Under the pieces are notes generated by a model. That model saw only the letters and a program-made list of their open reading frames with translations. It was not told the origin of the DNA and did not search any database. Below, piece by piece: positions 58,534-64,000 of a stretch of DNA of 64,000 bases; within the stretch, counting starts at the first letter, position 1, and every line of letters begins with the position of its first letter. The stretch lies in the NCBI RefSeq assembly GCF_009914755.1, contig NC_060940.1; one strand, written 5' to 3'. The position numbers were made by a program, and so were the translations under genes. Origin of the DNA: the human T2T-CHM13v2.0 reference genome, Homo sapiens.

Positions 58534-60192
58534 ATGGATTTAGAAATGGTACAGTCAGAGGTTAGGGGTCGGGTCAAAGCGATCCCCCCAGAGACCTATG
58601 GAAAGTGTGGTTCTGTCTACAAGCTGCGACCATGGTCTTTACTGCTTCTGCAAATACTTGACAAAAAGGGCCACACTCTTAGCTGGACTTTTCCTCCCTT
58701 TCCTGAAACAATGCCCTTCCCATTGTCAAGGCAGAAGCAGCCTCCACTGAGAAGCGTCAGACACCACGTCAGTCTTGCTTTCCATTGCTTTGCTCCAGTA
58801 TCCATTTGAAATTCAGTGCAAACCCATAAATTCCACTTTGCCTCTGGTAGCAGCCTGCATGGTGTGTATATTGAACACTAGAAACACAGTAAATCCAGCC
58901 CATTTATTCACATTAACCAGCAAAGGCATTCTGCATGCCCATGTAAATACTGGAAATTACTGACATGGCCTTCTAGACCATGAAAAGACAGAAGCATATG
59001 GCAGAATTCATATGTGAACAGATTGCTTTTTCTCATAAGAACGCTTTATTGGAATATCAACTATTACAGCTTTTTGAAGTTACTCTTCCTGCTCTTGATT
59101 TAAGTCCTGAATCACCCCACTACTCTTTTTTTTTTTCCGCTGCATTCTGCTATGTATCTTTACATCTGCTTCCTGCACTTTCTAAATGGCCTACTTAAAC
59201 CTTGAGGTAGGTCCTTCAGTTTCCCATAAATTAATAACACATCTATGAATATTTCCCAGCCAGTCTTAGAAGCCCCAGTCTATTCCAATACCAGGATTGT
59301 AAACACAGGGAATAGATGAAGCAAGCTGCTTCTTTCAAATGCTCTTCCAATATGAAGCAAAATATTATTGATCTAGACTGCCTGCTACTTTCATTTACCA
59401 TGTTACTGCTCGTGGGATTACAGGCACAAAGGTTTCATAAATTTCAAATGAAATATGAACATTTGGTGTCAAAGTACTGTTAAGGTATGAAAACCCTGCT
59501 AGTATTAGTTCCCTTTTGTTATTATTCTATTATTATTATTATTATTGTGTTTACATCCACAGGCAATCACATATTTTAGGTTGTGGGGAGCAAAGCAGCT
59601 TCCCCCCACTTTTTCTCTCACTCCAATTTGAATCCTCCCATATGTCCCTCCCTCATTTTTTAAGCAGGAAACAATGAATGAGTTTTTGCTCCTCTTGCCC
59701 TATTTGCCGTGTCTCTTTTCTGTGATTCGGGAGCACATTGATACCCTTCTTTTGGAGCAGAGAAGCTTGTCTTTCATGATAGAAGTAGGTCATGGGGGCG
59801 GTTAGCTGACTTCATCAGAGAGTAGCATGCAGATCCCACCTGTGAGGCTATGGTCTGCCAAGGAGAGTTCAGCGGGCTGGATCAGAGAGAGCAGAGCCAT
59901 GCTGGCAAGTCGGAGTCTTTGTGGAAAGCAGCCAAGGTCACAGCTGGAAATAAAACTGTGTATTCCAAATCAGAGGGGCAATGCAGGAATGGATCAAAGG
60001 AATGAAGGATCAAGTTGTCAGCCAAGAGAACCAAGAGCCAGACACAGGGAACCTGTGACAAAAACGAAAACCAATAAAAACATATATTGAGCATTGACCA
60101 GGTGCCCAATATTTTAATGTCCCATGGGTGTGCATCAGGTACGCTGTGGAAGGACAGATGTCATTCCTTAAAGGGGCTGCACTGAATTAGAC

Positions 60193-60392
60193 CAGGGGTT
60201 CTCAAAGTGGGGTCCCTGGACCGGCAGCATCACCATCACCTGGAAACTTGTTAGAGATGCAGATCTTGGGCCCCGCCCCAGACCTCCTGAATGTGAATCT
60301 CTGGTGGGGAGGGAGACGAAGTGGGAGCCTGTAGGCTGCAGTCTGTGTTAAGCTTTCTGGGTGATTCTGATACACGGTCAAGTTTGAGATGT
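60193..60392 (+). mobile_element. MER5A
   Basis: caggggttctcaaagtggggtccctggaccggcagcatcaccatcacctggaaacttgttagagatgcag. Confidence 0.9.
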
Positions 60393-60935
60393 AGCAGGAG
60401 AAGCAGGAAACATAGGAGAGAAGCCACTAGGGGTGGGAATCAGAAATACGGTGTCCCTGCCTACCTAGGGGCTACATTCCTCCGGGCAAGTCTTTTTAAC
60501 TCTCTCTGCCTGGCAACTTCCTTAACAAAGAGTGATACTAATACCTGCCTTCCTGTCTTTGCCACATCACGGGATTTTCTACAGCTCATATTGGTTACAG
60601 TGATAGCAGCTGAGATTTAGGCTGCACCTGAGTACCAGGCAGGGTCCTAAGTGACTTCAGACTCTATAGACAGTCCCTGACTTATGATGGTTTGACTTAG
60701 ATTTTTTGACCTTTGGGATGCTGAGAAAACCATACACATCCAGTAGAAACCGAACTTTACATTTTGAGTTTCGATTTTTTTTTTTCACCTGGGCTAGTAA
60801 TACGTGGTAGGATACTCTCTCACAATGCTAGGCCACAGCAGCGAGCTGCAGCTCCCAGTGATCACAAGGGCAAAGAATCGATATTCTACCAGGCACGGTG
60901 TTGCCTGATAACCTTGCCCAGCTGTAGGCTAATGT

Positions 60936-61973
60936 GTTCTTTTTTATATTTTCTTTAATTTTTTTAAATTTCCACCTGTTTTGGGGGGGGTACAGGTGGT
61001 ATTTGGTTACATGAGTAAGTTCTTTACTGGTGATTGGCGAGACTTTGGTGCACCCATCACTCGAGCAGTATACACTGCATCCAGTTTGTACTCCTTTATG
61101 CCTCACCCTTTTACCACTCTTTCCCTCTCAGTCCCCAAAGTCCATTGTATCATTCTTATGCCTTTACATCCTCATAGCTTAGCTCCCACTTATAAGTGAA
61201 AACACACAGTGCTTGGTTTTCCATTCCTGAGTTACTTCACTTAGAATAATGGTCTCCAGTCCCATCCAGGTTGCTGAAAATGCCATCAGTTCATTCCTTT
61301 TCATGGCTGAGTAGTATTCCATTGTATATTTATACCGTAGTTTCTTTATCCACTTGTTGGTAGATGGCCATTTGGGCTAATTTCACATTTTTGCAATTGT
61401 GAATTGTTGTGCTGTAAACATGCGTGTGCAAGTATGTCTTTCATATAAGGACTTCTTTTCCTCTGGGAAGATACCCATTAGTGGGATTGCTGGATCAAAT
61501 GGTAGTTCTACTTTTAGTTCTTCAAGAACTCTCCACACTGTTTTCCATAGTGGTTGTACTAGTTTACATTCCCACCAGCAGTGTAGAAGTGTTCCCTGTT
61601 CACCGCATTCACGCCAATATCTATTATTTTTTGCATTTTTGGTAATGGCCATTCTTGCAGGAGTAAGATGGTATCGCAAATGCAACAAAAACAAATAGGT
61701 GGGACTTAATTAAACTAATCAGCTTTTGCCCAGCAAAAGGAACAGTCAGCAGAGTAAACAGACAACCCGCAGAGTGGGAGAAAATCTATACAAATCTATA
61801 CGTCTATACAAGGACTAATATCCAGGATCTACATGGAACTCAAATTAGAAAGAAAAAAGCTAACAATCCCATCAAAAAGTGGGCTAAGGACATGAATAGA
61901 CAGTTCTCAAAAGAAGATACACAAATGACCACCATACGTGAAAAAATGCTCAACATCACTAATGATCAGGGAA
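60936..61973 (-). mobile_element. 5'-truncated, 5'-inverted L1PB (twin-priming structure)
   Basis: Antisense 3' UTR/ORF2 end 60936-~61678, sense ORF2 segment ~61679-61973; TSD aggctaatgt / aggctaattt. Confidence 0.9.
61383..61678 (-). pseudogene. L1 ORF2p C-terminal Cys-rich domain remnant (non-functional)
   Basis: Translation [10 protein letters not shown]...[26 protein letters not shown]...[13 protein letters not shown] matches L1 ORF2p. Confidence 0.9.
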
Positions 61974-62124
61974 AGGCTAATTTAAGTGTTCTGAACACAT
62001 TTAAGGTAGGCTCGGCTAAGCTATCATGTTGAGTAGGTTAGGTGTGTTAAATGCATTTTCATCTTATGGTATTTTCAACTCGGTATAGGGTTTAATCCCA
62101 TCCTAAGTTGAGGAGCATCTGTAT

Positions 62125-62290
62125 CTGTTTTGGTCCTGACAATACCCCATGAAGGAGGTGCAATTACCCCTGGCTTAGGGTTGAGAAAACTAAGAGGTTT
62201 AGTAATGTGCTTGAGGCCATGCTACCTGTAAGCAAGAATCACTCCAGGTTTTTCTTGTTTCAAAACTCCTGTTAACAACTGAGTTGCTAT
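62125..62290 (-). mobile_element. MIR (continuation of the MIR at ~60595-60665)
   Basis: gtcctgacaataccccatgaaggaggtgcaattacccc...gagaaaactaagagg. Confidence 0.6.
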
Positions 62291-62990
62291 ACTGTTTTAG
62301 TAGGTCAAGATATACTATGTGTTTCAAAGGGCTTATAAATTATAAATGCTACTTAAAATGATGTAAAGTGGTATTATTGTTGTCATCATGTATATATTTT
62401 CAACTCTCTCATTGGCATCTTGAGGTTTCTCTTCTATGAAATTCTTTGCCCTAGGATGGTCCCCTTTGTCAAAGAGAGACACATTCTGAACAAGGTCAGA
62501 CAACACAGATGGAGTTTGGATTCGGGCACTGGTGACAGTGAAGACTCAGATGAGGTTCTTGAGTACTTTCAATTAGGTTTACCACTGACCCCATCAGTGT
62601 GCAGACGAAGGGAGATGAGAGATACAGATGGTTAATGGGATTTTTGGGGTATCTTCCAGCCTTTGTGAGCACAGAGGTTTCGCTACATTTTGAAAATTAA
62701 AATTCATTTCATTCGCATTACAGATTTTAAATCCTAGCTCCTTTTTAAGCTTTTAATTCCAACTTGCATTTCTTATTATTCTGTTTACAAACCTGACAAA
62801 TTTTAGCAGTCGTTTTGAGGAGATCTAGAATAATGTTTCATCTCATTTTTGAATTTAGGTACAGACCTTAAAAATATTATGCTACATTTCTAATATTAAT
62901 ATCTTGCTTTCTTATTTAGGAACTTTTCCTGACAAACTTCCCAAGAATGTAATTTTGTTATATCCATATGATAAACCTTAAGTATTCTTA

Positions 62991-63158
62991 AGCCAGGTGC
63001 AGTGGAATTCCCCTGTAGTCCCATCTACTAAGGAGACTGAGGCAGGAGGATTGCTTGAGGCCTGGAGATCAAGGCTGCAATGAGCTATGACTATACCTGT
63101 GACTAGCCACTGCACTCCAGCTGGGCAACATGGTGAGACCCTGTCTCTAAAAACAAAC
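62991..63158 (+). mobile_element. FAM (fossil Alu monomer, 7SL-derived)
   Basis: Retains 7SL-like cctgtgactagccactgcactccagc; 18-bp TSD aaaccttaagtattctta / aaaccttaagttttctta. Confidence 0.88.
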
Positions 63159-63287
63159 AAACCTTAAGTTTTCTTAATGTTCTGACACTTTTATAAATGT
63201 AGTATTTCAACTTATGGTCACCATTCTGTAATGATTATCATTTGTACATTTAAAATAGAAACTGTTAGGCCAATGTGTTATTCTAGA

Positions 63288-63507
63288 ATAGGACTTGACA
63301 GACTTTTTTTTAAATAAAATGCCAGATAGTGTTTCTAGCTTTGCAGTTCAGATGGTGTGTGTTACAACTGTTCAGCTCTAACTTTGTATGAAAGTAGCCA
63401 TAGGCAATACACAAATCAATGCACCATCTGTGTTCCAGTAAAACTTTATTTATAAAAACAGGTCACGGGCCACATTTGGCCCATCAGCCATAGTTTCCCA
63501 ACCTCTG
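63288..63507 (+). mobile_element. MER58A
   Basis: ctgtgttccagtaaaactttatttataaaaacagg...gggccacatttggccc...gccatagtttcccaacctctg. Confidence 0.85.
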
Positions 63508-63547
63508 CTTTGGAAGGCCTAACTCAGTTAAACATTACAAGTTCATG

Positions 63548-63865
<318 letters not shown>

Positions 63866-64000
63866 TCATGAGATACCACATACGTGAATATATGCTAACA
63901 CAGCAGCATTATTTTTTGGTTAATCGATGATTATCAATGCTTCTGTGATTTTAAAAAGGAGAGTCAGCTATTCCCTCTTCTGCCCGCTGATATCTACAGC

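Larger units (their letters stand above)
60667..62121. mobile_element. MER47B-like (Tigger/Tc1-mariner) element split by L1
   Basis: TA-tagacagtccctgacttatgatgg...taggctaatgt | aagtgttctgaacacatttaaggtaggc...taagttgaggagcatctg-TA. Confidence 0.85.

Noticed and set aside
61383-61694. Cys/His-rich ORF resembling a zinc knuckle protein
   Set aside because: Truncated L1 ORF2p remnant, not an independent gene

Overview
This is primate genomic DNA, almost certainly human, judged from the AluJ/S/Y, FAM/FLAM/FRAM, THE1, MST, MLT1, L1P/L1M, L2, MIR and MER elements it contains. I can support no protein-coding exon, rRNA, tRNA or CRISPR array. The ORF track is made up of Alu-, LTR- and L1-derived frames plus chance frames; the only real protein homology is a dead L1 ORF2p C-terminal fragment at 61383-61694. 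About 36 Alu-family pieces, about 13 solo LTRs and many old DNA-transposon, SINE and LINE relics alternate with roughly eight repeat-free, AT-rich blocks of 0.4-2.4 kb rich in homeobox, POU, FOX and SOX motifs. These blocks look like conserved non-coding enhancers, so the window is probably the inside of a very large intron or a regulatory gene desert; I cannot name the locus from sequence alone. The notable structures seen directly are: a twin-primed (5'-inverted) L1PB nested in MER47B nested in MIR; head-to-head Alus only 18 bp apart; a trimeric Alu; a full and a termini-only MADE1 hairpin; a multi-level L2>MLT1D>MSTB/FLAM nest; a DUX4-motif THE1 LTR; and a perfect GATA/FOX palindrome. I found no evidence for a new multi-gene biological system. 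Repeat subfamily names come from recalled consensus sequences, and boundaries are approximate unless target-site duplications (TSDs) are quoted.
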